A stretch of DNA of 64,000 nucleotides from a virus (lineage: Duplodnaviria > Caudoviricetes), in IMG/VR virus record IMGVR_UViG_3300033273_000282, positions 64,001-128,000 of that record. One strand, written 5' to 3'. Position 1 is the stretch's first letter; the number at the start of each line of letters is the position of its first letter. The notes below the pieces were generated by a model, which was not told the origin of the DNA, ran no database searches, and was given only the letters and a program-made list of their open reading frames with translations. The position numbers were made by a program, and so were the translations under genes. Of this stretch, positions 8,113-18,185 are shown one piece after another.

Positions 8113-10700
8113 ACAAAGCACGCTTATCTAGATTCTTTGGTGCCAAACTGACGAAGCCGTCGGTCGGGACACTGAAGGCTGCCGATAAGATGCTTCAGAC
8201 TGAGCATGAGTATCTGACATTCCTGAGGAATAGGAAGAAGTTCTTCTTCATGACTCAGATTCAGCAAACTCGTGTTCAGGTTGCGAAGAAGGGCAAATAT
8301 AAACAGGGCGATGCCCCCAGAGGGCGCGGTTTAGGATTACCACGCCTACCCCGTGTAAGGAGACCTAGAGGTAAGAAAGGTAGATGGGGAAGTAGGGGTA
8401 AGAATACCCGAGTCGGACGCTTCATGCGTAATGTCCGAGCCAAAGGACTTCGTATAGGTAGAGGACTTAAAAGAGGACCACTCGGTAGAGGTGTTAACTT
8501 CCTTAAGGGAAAGGGAACCCAGATTGGTCGTAATGCGAAAGCATTTGGTCTAAAAAGTGCCCGAAAAGCAGGGGGGATGCTTCCTAGGGGTGGTATAAAA
8601 CCACCATCAACGACTAAACTGCCTACACAAGCAGGTAAAGGGGTAAATCTTTTAAGTAAGGGTAGGGGAATGTTTGGCGCTGTAGCCAAATCTCCCTTAG
8701 GAAAAACTGTTGGTAGATTTCTACCTGGAGCAAACATTGCGATTGGTGGTGCTCTCACAGCATCTAGACTAGCATCGGGCGATTACGGCGGCGCTTTACT
8801 GGCTGCTGGTAGCATGATCCCTGGTCCACTCGGCTGGGCGTTCTTGGGTGCCGAGATGATCGGTCCAGTGTTGTCCAAGATTGGCAAAGCCAAGATGGAC
8901 AATGTAATTGCTACTGATAATACAAAACGCCAAGCAATTTCTGAAGCACCTAGTACAGCAGGATTGTCTGCTGGTGAACGTGAAGCTTTAGTTCAGGGTG
9001 CTCGTATTCGAGATGCTGGTGGTTCTGGTTCTCTCAATGGTCTGGGTGATCAGTTTAATAATCCACTAGGACTTTCTGCGGGTGGGGTTGTTAGTTCTCC
9101 CACTCGTGCCCTGGTCGGTGAAGGTGGTGAGCCTGAGATAGTCGTTCCCCAGTCTAAACTGGGCGAAATGTTCCAGAATCTCATCAAACAAGTTGGTGGG
9201 ATGTTGGGTGGTGTCACCCGTGGATTTGTAATGAGTCTGCCCACACCAGACAGTGCTCTGAGTGGAGTTAAATCTAGTCTTGCTAAGATTGGAAATAAGT
9301 TTGGTGGTCTTGGTGGATTCCCAGTCATCAAGATGTTCACTGGTGGTACAGTTCCTAACCTGATGGTTGACATCGGGAACAAAATTAAGGGTCTTGTCGG
9401 TGGAGCAATCAACACTGTTCTTGGTGGACCTGCCTATGCTGGCGGCATGGGTATAAGCCCACAGGGATACCCCACTGCTAGCAGTGCTCCCATTCCTGTT
9501 GGTGGTCTCACCCCTGGAAAGTGGGGTCCTCTGCTGGACCTGATTGCTGGCAAGGAGTCGGGTGGTAACTATGAGGCGATGTATCCCTCAACCACACTGC
9601 CTGGCGCTACAAAAATGACTATCGCTGAGGTAGCGAGAGTTGCTACTGGTGCGGTTGGTAAGTATCAACAACTCCCCAGGTTCTTGGTTGCTAGAGCCAA
9701 GGCAGCAGGTCTCAATCCTGATAAAGATCTGTACAGTCCAAAGAATCAGGATCTTATCGTAACTAAGGTCAATATCGGACAGAACCGTAGAGGTGATAAA
9801 TGGCTTCGTGGTGAGATTTCTGACGAAGCATTTATGGATGGACTCGCATATGAGTTCGCTTCGTTGCCTGATGCCTACGGTAGATTTAAGTATCCTAATC
9901 AAAGCAGTGCCATGACTCCTGGTAAGATCAGGCAGGCACTTCAAAAAGTGAAGGGTGGCGGTTACTCTCAGAAAGAGATGGAGTCGTCTGGTAACGCCCA
10001 TACTAATATGGAAGCGTCAACTTCAAGTGCTGGTCAGAATGTTGCTGGTAGTGGTAAAACTGGAAGTGGTAAGGTATCTGGATTCCCAATTACCAGTTAT
10101 TATGGTCCACGTTGGGGGAGACTCCATGGTGGTGTGGACGTTGGAACTCCTGTAGGAACAGCGCTGTCACTTGCTGAGGATGGTGAAATTGTTGCTGCTG
10201 GTAAGTTTGGTGGATATGGTTATATGATTGACGCCTGGCTACCAGGATCAAAAGTACAAATCCGTTTGGCACACTTGTCTCAGTTTGCTAAGAGAAGTGG
10301 TAAGTTCAAAGCAAGAGAACTTCTGGGTAAGACGGGTGGTGCTAAAGGTCATCCTGGTGCTGGTAGTTCTACTGGTCCACACCTTCACTTTGAAGCAGAT
10401 ACATCTAAGGGTTCTACAAGGTATGGTGGTTCTGGCAACCCACTTCCATACGCAAGTAAGATTGTGCTTGGAAGTGCTCAACCAGCAAACAAAAAAGGTG
10501 AAGAGGGTAAGGGTGGTACTGGAGCACCATTGGCACCAAATAGAAAGCCCACTAGTGGAGCACCACAAGTTGTTATGGTTCCAATGCCAGTCGCACAACC
10601 AGTACCTGTACAAGTAAGGGTTCCTGTACCAGCTGGTGCTAAAAAACAGCCTAAATTATATGGTATAGACCCATTCTCAGGTCGATACGGAGCTATCTAA
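8109..10700 (+). CDS. Tape-measure-like tail protein with lambda-R/GH24-like muralytic and M23 peptidase domains
   Basis: R/G/K-rich N-terminus; AGGVVSSPTRALVGEGGEPEIVVP tape-measure motif; LLDLIAGKESGGNY..AVGKYQ..NQD..LAYEFASLP; HGGVDVG..HLS..GSSTGPHLHFE. Confidence 0.75.
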   Translation: MNKARLSRFFGAKLTKPSVGTLKAADKMLQTEHEYLTFLRNRKKFFFMTQIQQTRVQVAKKGKYKQGDAPRGRGLGLPRLPRVRRPRGKKGRWGSRGKNTRVGRFMRNVRAKGLRIGRGLKRGPLGRGVNFLKGKGTQIGRNAKAFGLKSARKAGGMLPRGGIKPPSTTKLPTQAGKGVNLLSKGRGMFGAVAKSPLGKTVGRFLPGANIAIGGALTASRLASGDYGGALLAAGSMIPGPLGWAFLGAEMIGPVLSKIGKAKMDNVIATDNTKRQAISEAPSTAGLSAGEREALVQGARIRDAGGSGSLNGLGDQFNNPLGLSAGGVVSSPTRALVGEGGEPEIVVPQSKLGEMFQNLIKQVGGMLGGVTRGFVMSLPTPDSALSGVKSSLAKIGNKFGGLGGFPVIKMFTGGTVPNLMVDIGNKIKGLVGGAINTVLGGPAYAGGMGISPQGYPTASSAPIPVGGLTPGKWGPLLDLIAGKESGGNYEAMYPSTTLPGATKMTIAEVARVATGAVGKYQQLPRFLVARAKAAGLNPDKDLYSPKNQDLIVTKVNIGQNRRGDKWLRGEISDEAFMDGLAYEFASLPDAYGRFKYPNQSSAMTPGKIRQALQKVKGGGYSQKEMESSGNAHTNMEASTSSAGQNVAGSGKTGSGKVSGFPITSYYGPRWGRLHGGVDVGTPVGTALSLAEDGEIVAAGKFGGYGYMIDAWLPGSKVQIRLAHLSQFAKRSGKFKARELLGKTGGAKGHPGAGSSTGPHLHFEADTSKGSTRYGGSGNPLPYASKIVLGSAQPANKKGEEGKGGTGAPLAPNRKPTSGAPQVVMVPMPVAQPVPVQVRVPVPAGAKKQPKLYGIDPFSGRYGAI

Positions 10701-10704
10701 CTAA

Positions 10705-12264
10705 ATGGCAGACAATAATTTTCCCAGTATAGAAACAGTACATGAGGTTCTACAGAGCCTCGAAAAACTGTTTGAGGATAGAAATAATATACTTAACCTC
10801 ATGTTCCGTGAGGATAAGTATAAAGAATTCCTCCTGGCAGAAAATATACAGTCTCTGGTTGAGGCTGACAAGCGTGATGATGCCACTAACAACAGGATCA
10901 AAGCCGATCTTGCTGATGGTTATGAAGTTCTGAAGGCAAGAACTTCCCTTAAGAAGTTTTCTAACTTTATTAGTCCTGCTTCTCTTCCACCTCTGGACCT
11001 GGAAGAACCTGTTGATGAGCAGGATCTCCCCACTCAGGTAGAATCTCAGGCAGCAGAAGAACCTGAGGTAAAAGAGGAAGAGAAGGAGGAAAGAGAACCT
11101 GCTAAGCCACAACCACCTAGCAGACCTGCCCCACCAGTAATACCACCACCAGGATTTAATCCTCCTGCTGCGTCTCAAACAACTCCAACTAAACTTGCCG
11201 AAGGTGGTGTTGTTCCAGCATCACCTATGATGAACTCCCTTACTGGGAGACCTAAAACTGATGCGACTGGAGTTACTCCTACTAAGAAGTCTTCTGTAAG
11301 ATCTCTTGAGAAGAGTGGTCTTGTAGGTGATAAGAATCCAGTTCAAAAACTTGTAGACGATCTTGGGCTTTCTAAGTATCAGAAGGCACTTGCTGAAGCA
11401 ATGGGACTGCCACTCAAGGCAGTTGCTGCTGGTCTTAGTGGACTCCTTGGTAGAATGGCTCTACCTGGAATCCCAGCGTTTGATTCTGTCCAGAAAAATC
11501 TGGGCAATATCATGCGTGTTTTTGGTTTGCCTACTATCAAGGCACCTGAGATCCCTGGTGTCAGCAATCTCTTTAATAGTGTAAGTAATTTCTTCAGCAA
11601 CATTGGTAATAATGTAAGGAACTTCTTTACTGGTGGTGGCAATACCCCAGATTTAAGTCCTCCTTCTGGTGGAGATGATACTGGCAGCGGTGATACTGGT
11701 AGTGGTGGTGGAGATAATAAGACAACAACATCATCGTCACCATCTACAAGAAGAAGAAAGCGTAGAAATCGTGCTAGTGCTGCTCCTACAGCTGCTGGTG
11801 GTCAGGGTGGACCAGAGATGGATCTGGAGAATCCAACAGCAGGATCCACTACTATCAACACCAGTTTCTCCAATCTTCAGAACTCTCTTTTGAATGTTGG
11901 TAAGAGTACACCACCTTCCACTAACTACAGCAGCAGTCTGGTTGGTTCCAACTTGGCTAACATCTTTAGTGCTAGTGAGGGTAGTGTTAATAACATGCAG
12001 GATATCAACTTCCTGACTAATCAGGTGTTGATGGAAAATGAGCAGATGTTGTACTCCAACACAGAGAATCATACGAGTGTACAGCAAAGCGTCATCGCAG
12101 CGGCTTCTAAGAAAGCGCAGGCAGTCGCAGCTGCTGGAATGAATAAAACCAAACCTATCTCTGATGCTAATGCTCTCGCACCCACTGAACTTCATGTAAG
12201 TCCATACTTACTTTCTGCTATTACTATTACTAGGGGCGGGGAGACTCCACTGGACGTTCTATGA
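10705..12264 (+). CDS. Second tape-measure/gp29-like hub protein
   Basis: KLAEGGVVP motif; Pro/Gly/Ser-rich low-complexity linkers; position between the tape-measure-like and hub genes. Confidence 0.45.
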   Translation: MADNNFPSIETVHEVLQSLEKLFEDRNNILNLMFREDKYKEFLLAENIQSLVEADKRDDATNNRIKADLADGYEVLKARTSLKKFSNFISPASLPPLDLEEPVDEQDLPTQVESQAAEEPEVKEEEKEEREPAKPQPPSRPAPPVIPPPGFNPPAASQTTPTKLAEGGVVPASPMMNSLTGRPKTDATGVTPTKKSSVRSLEKSGLVGDKNPVQKLVDDLGLSKYQKALAEAMGLPLKAVAAGLSGLLGRMALPGIPAFDSVQKNLGNIMRVFGLPTIKAPEIPGVSNLFNSVSNFFSNIGNNVRNFFTGGGNTPDLSPPSGGDDTGSGDTGSGGGDNKTTTSSSPSTRRRKRRNRASAAPTAAGGQGGPEMDLENPTAGSTTINTSFSNLQNSLLNVGKSTPPSTNYSSSLVGSNLANIFSASEGSVNNMQDINFLTNQVLMENEQMLYSNTENHTSVQQSVIAAASKKAQAVAAAGMNKTKPISDANALAPTELHVSPYLLSAITITRGGETPLDVL

Positions 12265-13502
12265 AACAGCAAAGTACCGTCAATTTTTCATTACAGGAGT
12301 TTGAGATTACGGTTTCGGGTCAACCATTTAACCTTACCCCGAATCATCTCTTAGAACTTCACTACATTGAAGATATTACTAAGACTAACAATGTCATGAT
12401 CGTCAAGATCAATGACACTGAGAGTGGATTGGTGTCTGAGATATTTGGTCTTGAGCCTATTAGAATTAGGTTCGTTGATCATGAGGGCAATGCTATCGTC
12501 GCTGACATGGTTGTCTATGAAGTCAGAGACAGGATGATCGTTAGTGGTAAGAAAATGCAGGCGACTCTCTATTGTGTGAGTAGAGATGCTGTCAACAATG
12601 CTGCTGCTAAGATATCCCAGAGATTTGGTAAAGGTGATGGTGAGAAAATCTCCACTATCACTAACAATCTCATCAAAAAAATTCTTGGGTCGAAAAAACC
12701 ACTGGAAGTTGATACGACTGCCACTAAGATCTCTTTTGTAAGTCCATACTGGGATCCATTTACTATCATTCAGTGGATGGCGTGGAGAGCCATTCCTGAG
12801 AAGGGTAGTGGATCAAACGTCAGTGCTGGATACCTGTTCTATGAGACACCAGAGAAGTATTACTTCAAGTCCATGGATGAACTGGTCAAAGGTGAAGTCA
12901 CTAAGACTGTTAGGGTGAACTTTCAGTCGGAGGAAGAAGATACTGATAATCTATTCATTGACATTGAGTCACTCTCCATGCCTGGTACCAGTGATGTGTT
13001 CCGTGGATTTAACTTGGGATCGTATAGTAGTGTCATGATGACACTGGATATTAAAGACTTTACCTATACTGAATTACCTTTTAATGTGAATGAATATTAT
13101 TCACAGATGGAAAAATTAAATCCAGAAATGGAACTTCCTGAGTTTTACAGTATTTTTGGGGAAACCAGTCAAAATAGCCAACCCACAAGAATCATGAGTT
13201 CGGTTATTGACCTCGCCATGTACACCGAGGGAACCTACACCGAAGACTTGACAAAGCAACTTTCTCAGTCTATGCTGAGGAATCAGTTCTTCTTTAATCA
13301 ATCTTGTACCTTTGAGTATGAGGGTACAAACGATCTAAGAATCGGTGACGTTGTAGCAGTTGAGACTTACAAAGGTAAGGCACTCGACAAAGATGAGAGT
13401 CAAAGTGGTAAATATATAGTAGGTAAAATTTACCGTCAATTCCTCACCGACAGAGACATGATGTCTACAAGGGTGACACTCTATAGGGACAGTTTGGGAT
13501 GA
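12261..13502 (+). CDS. Baseplate hub protein (gp27/gpD-like)
   Basis: YIEDI, GLEPIRI.F, FVSPYWDPFTIIQWMA, GYLFYET..KYYFKSMDEL, G..DLRIGDVV, SGKYIV..I, L.RDSLG; directly before gp5. Confidence 0.7.
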   Translation: MKQQSTVNFSLQEFEITVSGQPFNLTPNHLLELHYIEDITKTNNVMIVKINDTESGLVSEIFGLEPIRIRFVDHEGNAIVADMVVYEVRDRMIVSGKKMQATLYCVSRDAVNNAAAKISQRFGKGDGEKISTITNNLIKKILGSKKPLEVDTTATKISFVSPYWDPFTIIQWMAWRAIPEKGSGSNVSAGYLFYETPEKYYFKSMDELVKGEVTKTVRVNFQSEEEDTDNLFIDIESLSMPGTSDVFRGFNLGSYSSVMMTLDIKDFTYTELPFNVNEYYSQMEKLNPEMELPEFYSIFGETSQNSQPTRIMSSVIDLAMYTEGTYTEDLTKQLSQSMLRNQFFFNQSCTFEYEGTNDLRIGDVVAVETYKGKALDKDESQSGKYIVGKIYRQFLTDRDMMSTRVTLYRDSLG

Positions 13503-16018
13503 GCGCGAATCTAGAATCCTCAGCACATTTTATTGGTAAGGAAGGACTCAACTGGTGGATCGGTCAGATTGAAAATGATGGATCGGCACCAGATGATTAC
13601 GACTATACTGGTAAAGTAAAAGTCCGCATCGTAGGATACCACAATCCATCCAAGGCAATCCTTCCAACAAAGGATCTTCCCTGGGCTACTTGTATCATGC
13701 CTGTCACTGAGGCTCAGCGTGGTGGTATTGGTTCTATTCATCAACTTCAGATTAGTTCTTGGGTTGTTGGATTCTTTATGGATGGCTCTTCGGCACAGAT
13801 TCCTGTTATCATGGGTACCATCTCTGATGAGAATCCCAAGGGTAAGTATGTAAAGGAGGGAGATAACACTAAGGGTTATCAACCACTTCTGCCTCCCGAT
13901 TACAAGCCAGCGAAGCATGGTACAGGTGGTGGATCTACCGTTGCTGGTACTGCTTCGACCGTAAGCACTACTTCCACTGGTGGTAAGACTCAACCTCCTC
14001 CTGTGGATGGTTCTACCGCTGGTCAAACGAAGTCGGGATCAAAGAATCCTCGTGGTGAAGGATCTGGACAATCTGATGTACAGAAGCAGGCGGATAAGGA
14101 TAGATGCTATACCATTGATGTTGCCAATGGTAAGTGTGGCACTCCCCCAGACAAAAAGATGGAGGGTGCTCTCGCTGAGTTCATGAAGTTCGCTCGTGGT
14201 ATCGAGAAGAACGAGATTGGTCAGTTCATCAACAAAACCACAGGAAAGGTTGAGGATCTCGCTGGTGAGATTGAAGCCATGGCTGGTAGAATCCAAGCAA
14301 TGCAGAAAGGTTTGCTTGGTAACATCAAGGGTACCGTTCTCAAAGAGGTTGAGAAGTTCATCCAGAAACAACTGGAGGCTATTCAGATTCCAGATCCAGA
14401 CGCCTTGGATCCAGTTAGAGAACAACTGAAGACTTTTAGTGATCTGATTAACTGCCTGTTTAAGCAGATTCTGGAGGAACTTCTTAGTGTCATCACAGGC
14501 ATGTTGATGGATCTACTGGAGCAGGCTCTAGATGTTACTCTATGCCTGGTCCAAGATCTCGTCATGGATATGTTGGGTCAGATGATGGACAAAATCATGG
14601 AGGGTGTTCAGAACATCCTTGGTATTGTCAGTGGCGTTCTCAGCGCTATCAAGGGTGCTGCTGCCATGATTCAGGGTCTTGCTTCTAAGGTCCTTGCTCT
14701 GATCGACATGGTTTGTGACGGCGATCTCTCCTGTTCCTTGGGTCTGTCTACCTTTGAGACCTGCCATGGTGCGAAGGAAAGTGAGGATGATAAAAACAAG
14801 AAGCAGCAGTCTCAGTATGGAGATGTTGCCAAGGAGAAGATTAAGAACACCAAGGCAAGAGTTATTGGTACAGGTAAGCCTAACTCTCGTGGATATGTTC
14901 CTGTTGAAATCTTTAACAAAGAAACTGGTCTATACGAGAAGAAGGGTCTTAATACCAAGACTGGTGAGATAACGGAGGTAGGGGCTTCTGGTACTGGTAT
15001 TAGTTCTGGTAGTTTTGAGAAGGGCAAATCCCTGATTGAAAAGTTTGATTCTGTCTATCCTATCCGTGACTCGGATGGTAACATCAATCAAGCAAGTCTC
15101 AACTGTAGTCCTGGTAACCTCAATAAGAAGCCATGCTTCCCTGAACTTATCTTTGATAATGCTCAGTCAACGTCTCTTATTAGAGCATTGCCCATCATCG
15201 ATGACATTGGATCTATCGTTGGTGTCTACATGAAGAACAAAGGTTCTGAGATTAACACCTCTGCTACTGTTCGTGCTATGTTCACTTGTAACGAGCCAGA
15301 GGGTACAGGTGCTAGAATGACACCTATCATTAAGAATGGTTCTATTGATAGAATCCGAGTTGACTCTCCTGGTGTTGGATATGGACTGGATCCAGACAAT
15401 ACTTACTGCCCAACTGAGCAGAGAATCTATCTGGTTGACAATCTAGAGATTCAGGATTATGTTGAAGAGGGTGGATTCCTGTATGTTGATGAGACAGTAC
15501 AGTCAGATCCTAACAAACCCTTCATGCAAGTCATGGAGTTTAACTATAACAACACTAATCTAGTTGGCATTGCTACCTTGGATAAGGATCAATTTGTTCC
15601 TGCTGGTGTTACCCTGTACACCGCAGGCAATGCCTATAAGTTTATTCTCAATCCTAAGGAGGTGTTCTATGATCTGGCTATCCCAGCAAATGCTGTGGCA
15701 CTCTATGCTGGATGCCCTGATCTGATTCCTATCTTGGATCAGATTGATGTGACTAACGTTGGTTCTGGATATACAGATCCTAAGATTGTAGTTGGTGATG
15801 AGGAGATTGGTACCATTGGTACAGATAAGAAGGGTAGACTACTTGAACCTGTCATCAATGTGAAGGCAGTTGGTAACGTTAGACCTACTATTAAAGATCC
15901 TACAGGATTTGGTGCGGAGATCGTACCTACATATAGTTACGTTGGACCTACCAAGTTCAAGGAAGTGTACAGCGTTAATGAATATGTTGACTGTGTTGGT
16001 CACCCAGGAGTTAAATAA
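13499..16018 (+). CDS. gp5: Baseplate hub/spike gp5 N-terminal part (OB fold; no lysozyme domain recognised)
   Basis: FIGKEGLNWWIGQIE, GKVKVRIVGYH, LPWA.CIMPVT, SWVVGFFMDG..AQIPVIMGTI. Confidence 0.85.
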   Translation: MSANLESSAHFIGKEGLNWWIGQIENDGSAPDDYDYTGKVKVRIVGYHNPSKAILPTKDLPWATCIMPVTEAQRGGIGSIHQLQISSWVVGFFMDGSSAQIPVIMGTISDENPKGKYVKEGDNTKGYQPLLPPDYKPAKHGTGGGSTVAGTASTVSTTSTGGKTQPPPVDGSTAGQTKSGSKNPRGEGSGQSDVQKQADKDRCYTIDVANGKCGTPPDKKMEGALAEFMKFARGIEKNEIGQFINKTTGKVEDLAGEIEAMAGRIQAMQKGLLGNIKGTVLKEVEKFIQKQLEAIQIPDPDALDPVREQLKTFSDLINCLFKQILEELLSVITGMLMDLLEQALDVTLCLVQDLVMDMLGQMMDKIMEGVQNILGIVSGVLSAIKGAAAMIQGLASKVLALIDMVCDGDLSCSLGLSTFETCHGAKESEDDKNKKQQSQYGDVAKEKIKNTKARVIGTGKPNSRGYVPVEIFNKETGLYEKKGLNTKTGEITEVGASGTGISSGSFEKGKSLIEKFDSVYPIRDSDGNINQASLNCSPGNLNKKPCFPELIFDNAQSTSLIRALPIIDDIGSIVGVYMKNKGSEINTSATVRAMFTCNEPEGTGARMTPIIKNGSIDRIRVDSPGVGYGLDPDNTYCPTEQRIYLVDNLEIQDYVEEGGFLYVDETVQSDPNKPFMQVMEFNYNNTNLVGIATLDKDQFVPAGVTLYTAGNAYKFILNPKEVFYDLAIPANAVALYAGCPDLIPILDQIDVTNVGSGYTDPKIVVGDEEIGTIGTDKKGRLLEPVINVKAVGNVRPTIKDPTGFGAEIVPTYSYVGPTKFKEVYSVNEYVDCVGHPGVK

Positions 16019-17016
16019 TGGCACATAATGATCTCCATGCTAAGACCGAGGCGAGAGCCAAAGCAGCACAAACTCCAAGACCAGACACTTCGGTGGTTGA
16101 TCTTCAGATGGGTGGGGGTACAGAAACTCCCAATACCAATCCACAATCAATCACAGAGTATCCCAAGAACTTTGTAAAGACCACATCTGCTGGTCATGTC
16201 TTGGAACTGAACAACTCTGGCGGTGGTGAGCGAGTACGCTTTATCAATGGTGCTACTGGCTCTTTCTTTGACATGGGTCATGATGGTAAAACGTTTATTC
16301 AATCTAAGAATGAACTACATCTTAAGTCGGATCATTCCACAACTATCACTGTTGGGAAGGATCTCAAGAAAGACAAACTTATTATCAAGGTTGTAGGTGA
16401 TGCTCACCTCATGGTTGAGGGTGACCTACATACTGAGGTCAATGGAAACAAGTATGACCACATCTCTGGTGAGTGGAGAGTAGAATCGAAAGGCTCTACG
16501 TTCATTTCATCTAGAGAGAACATTGGTGTTGAGGCGGATAGCGAACTCCGTGTCATCGCTAATGAAGTTAACCAGAAAATGACATTCGCCAAAGTCGATA
16601 TGAAGGCTGGCGGACAGGTTGTCGAAGAAATTAACGGCAACCGTGTGATTAGAATGAGTAAAGAAGGTGGTACCTTTGCTATCGAGAGCGAGGGTGACCT
16701 TCGATTTAATGTCAAGGGTTGTCGTTACGACAAGATTGGAAGAAATTACTTTACTGAAGTTCAGGGCAAAATCAAGATCAATGCGATTGGAGATGATGTC
16801 GATTGTATCGAAGGTGGTGCCCCTCCTGGAATGGATGTTGAAAAACCAGAAGATTCTCCCTATGGCAATCCAACTGGTTGGGAACTAACAACAGGTGAAA
16901 CTTCAGTACGCATTACAGCCGAAGACTTCTACATGGCTGCGAATGGATCAGCCAAGATGGAAGCAGGCGGTGACGAGTTTAAGATTGTCTGCGACAACGG
17001 TATCTACCTTAATTGA
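16018..17016 (+). CDS. gp5 C-terminal beta-helix spike protein encoded as a separate gene
   Basis: YPKNFVKTTSAGHVLELNNSGGGERVRFI...GSFFDMGHDG resembles the start of the T4 gp5 C-terminal region; V.GD.H..V.G repeats; ends IYLN. Confidence 0.75.
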   Translation: MAHNDLHAKTEARAKAAQTPRPDTSVVDLQMGGGTETPNTNPQSITEYPKNFVKTTSAGHVLELNNSGGGERVRFINGATGSFFDMGHDGKTFIQSKNELHLKSDHSTTITVGKDLKKDKLIIKVVGDAHLMVEGDLHTEVNGNKYDHISGEWRVESKGSTFISSRENIGVEADSELRVIANEVNQKMTFAKVDMKAGGQVVEEINGNRVIRMSKEGGTFAIESEGDLRFNVKGCRYDKIGRNYFTEVQGKIKINAIGDDVDCIEGGAPPGMDVEKPEDSPYGNPTGWELTTGETSVRITAEDFYMAANGSAKMEAGGDEFKIVCDNGIYLN

Positions 17017-17041
17017 CATTCACCCGTGAATGTTGTATAGT
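17013..17041 (+). promoter_or_regulatory. Sigma70-type (early) promoter
   Basis: TTGACA(17013-18)-17-TATAGT(17036-41). Confidence 0.8.
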
Positions 17042-17055
17042 AAAAAGCGTAACTA

Positions 17056-17346
17056 ATGTACGGTATGCCTTTAACATTACATCAGGCACACGTTCTTTCT
17101 TCATTCATCGAAGAGAAGTGTGATGAGTACGTGGAGGAACTGATGAAAGAAAAGTTTTCATCACCCCACGCAGACCAAACCCAAGCAGGGGCTTACTTCA
17201 TGACCACAAGGAGGGCGCTCTTGGCAACGAAGGAATACGCCGACAAGGTGATCCAACATGCCAAACTCCAAAGTGGCACAGCCACTAACGCAGGTTTCAT
17301 GTGGGTGCCCTATGATGTGGGGGAAGACAACGCCGAATCATCATGA
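17056..17346 (+). CDS. Hypothetical protein
   Basis: 96-aa ORF directly downstream of the early promoter; phage-like codon usage. Confidence 0.6.
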   Translation: MYGMPLTLHQAHVLSSFIEEKCDEYVEELMKEKFSSPHADQTQAGAYFMTTRRALLATKEYADKVIQHAKLQSGTATNAGFMWVPYDVGEDNAESS

Positions 17347-17522
17347 CGAAAGAAACCTGCCTCTCCAAGTGTGTCGTGAACATCCCCACCCGCACTTTCA
17401 CTCTGTTCTCTGATGATGCCCAAGTCAAGGAGCTGGTGTGTGACTCCTCTGAGCAGTTTGAGCGTGTGCTCGATGTAGTCCGTTCCTCTTGTAACCACGA
17501 CGAAGTTCAATACATTTACTGA
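17343..17522 (+). CDS. Small conserved cyanophage hypothetical protein
   Basis: [59 protein letters not shown]; ATGA overlap with the previous gene. Confidence 0.65.
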   Translation: MTKETCLSKCVVNIPTRTFTLFSDDAQVKELVCDSSEQFERVLDVVRSSCNHDEVQYIY

Positions 17523-17524
17523 TT

Positions 17525-18025
17525 ATGTCACAAGTAGTTGCCCTTGCGGAGATCCGTGAGGTTCTGAAGAACTCGAAGCGGGTCACCGATAAGGTACTGC
17601 TTCAAGTAGCCACCATTGCTATCAAAGAAACCCTAGGTGATCGTCTGACCGCAGAGATCACCATGGAGTCCAAGTTCGTAGACGATCTGGAAGCAGACTC
17701 TCTTGACCTTGTGGAACTGGTTATGTTCCTTGAGGAAGCCTTTGGTATCGAGATTCCTGATGAGTATTCGATGGAGATTGTCACCGTTGGTGATGCTATC
17801 AAAGTCATCAAGGAATGTAAGAGGAACAAAGGCAAGAAGCGTAAGATCGACAAGTCTAAGTATCTTAAGAAGCCTAACCCAGAAGGTCCTATTGGACAGA
17901 CTCCCAAGCAGTTCCGTGGTGACGCTACTGCCAAGAAAACCCAAGAAATCGCAGATGAAATCGAAAAGTTTTTATCAGAACCTGACCCTTACGAAGGTGG
18001 AGACGACTCCAAAGCTGGTGGATGA
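17525..18025 (+). CDS. acpP: Acyl carrier protein with N- and C-terminal extensions
   Basis: [36 protein letters not shown]...TVGDAI; intact DSL phosphopantetheine-attachment serine. Confidence 0.92.
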   Translation: MSQVVALAEIREVLKNSKRVTDKVLLQVATIAIKETLGDRLTAEITMESKFVDDLEADSLDLVELVMFLEEAFGIEIPDEYSMEIVTVGDAIKVIKECKRNKGKKRKIDKSKYLKKPNPEGPIGQTPKQFRGDATAKKTQEIADEIEKFLSEPDPYEGGDDSKAGG

Positions 18026-18185
18026 ATCCAATCAAGCTTTGTATCGTGCTACAATGAACGTACCTAACGCTGCTGCTCATTGTGGCATGACAAAGCGTGA
18101 GATGAAGATGACGTTTAGAGAGTTTCTCAAGCACCATCCACCAGACTATAAGAACATGGAACAGTTGGAATTGGTAATGAAATGA
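18018..18185 (+). CDS. Small conserved cyanophage hypothetical protein
   Basis: GTG start; [26 protein letters not shown]. Confidence 0.6.
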   Translation: MDESNQALYRATMNVPNAAAHCGMTKREMKMTFREFLKHHPPDYKNMEQLELVMK

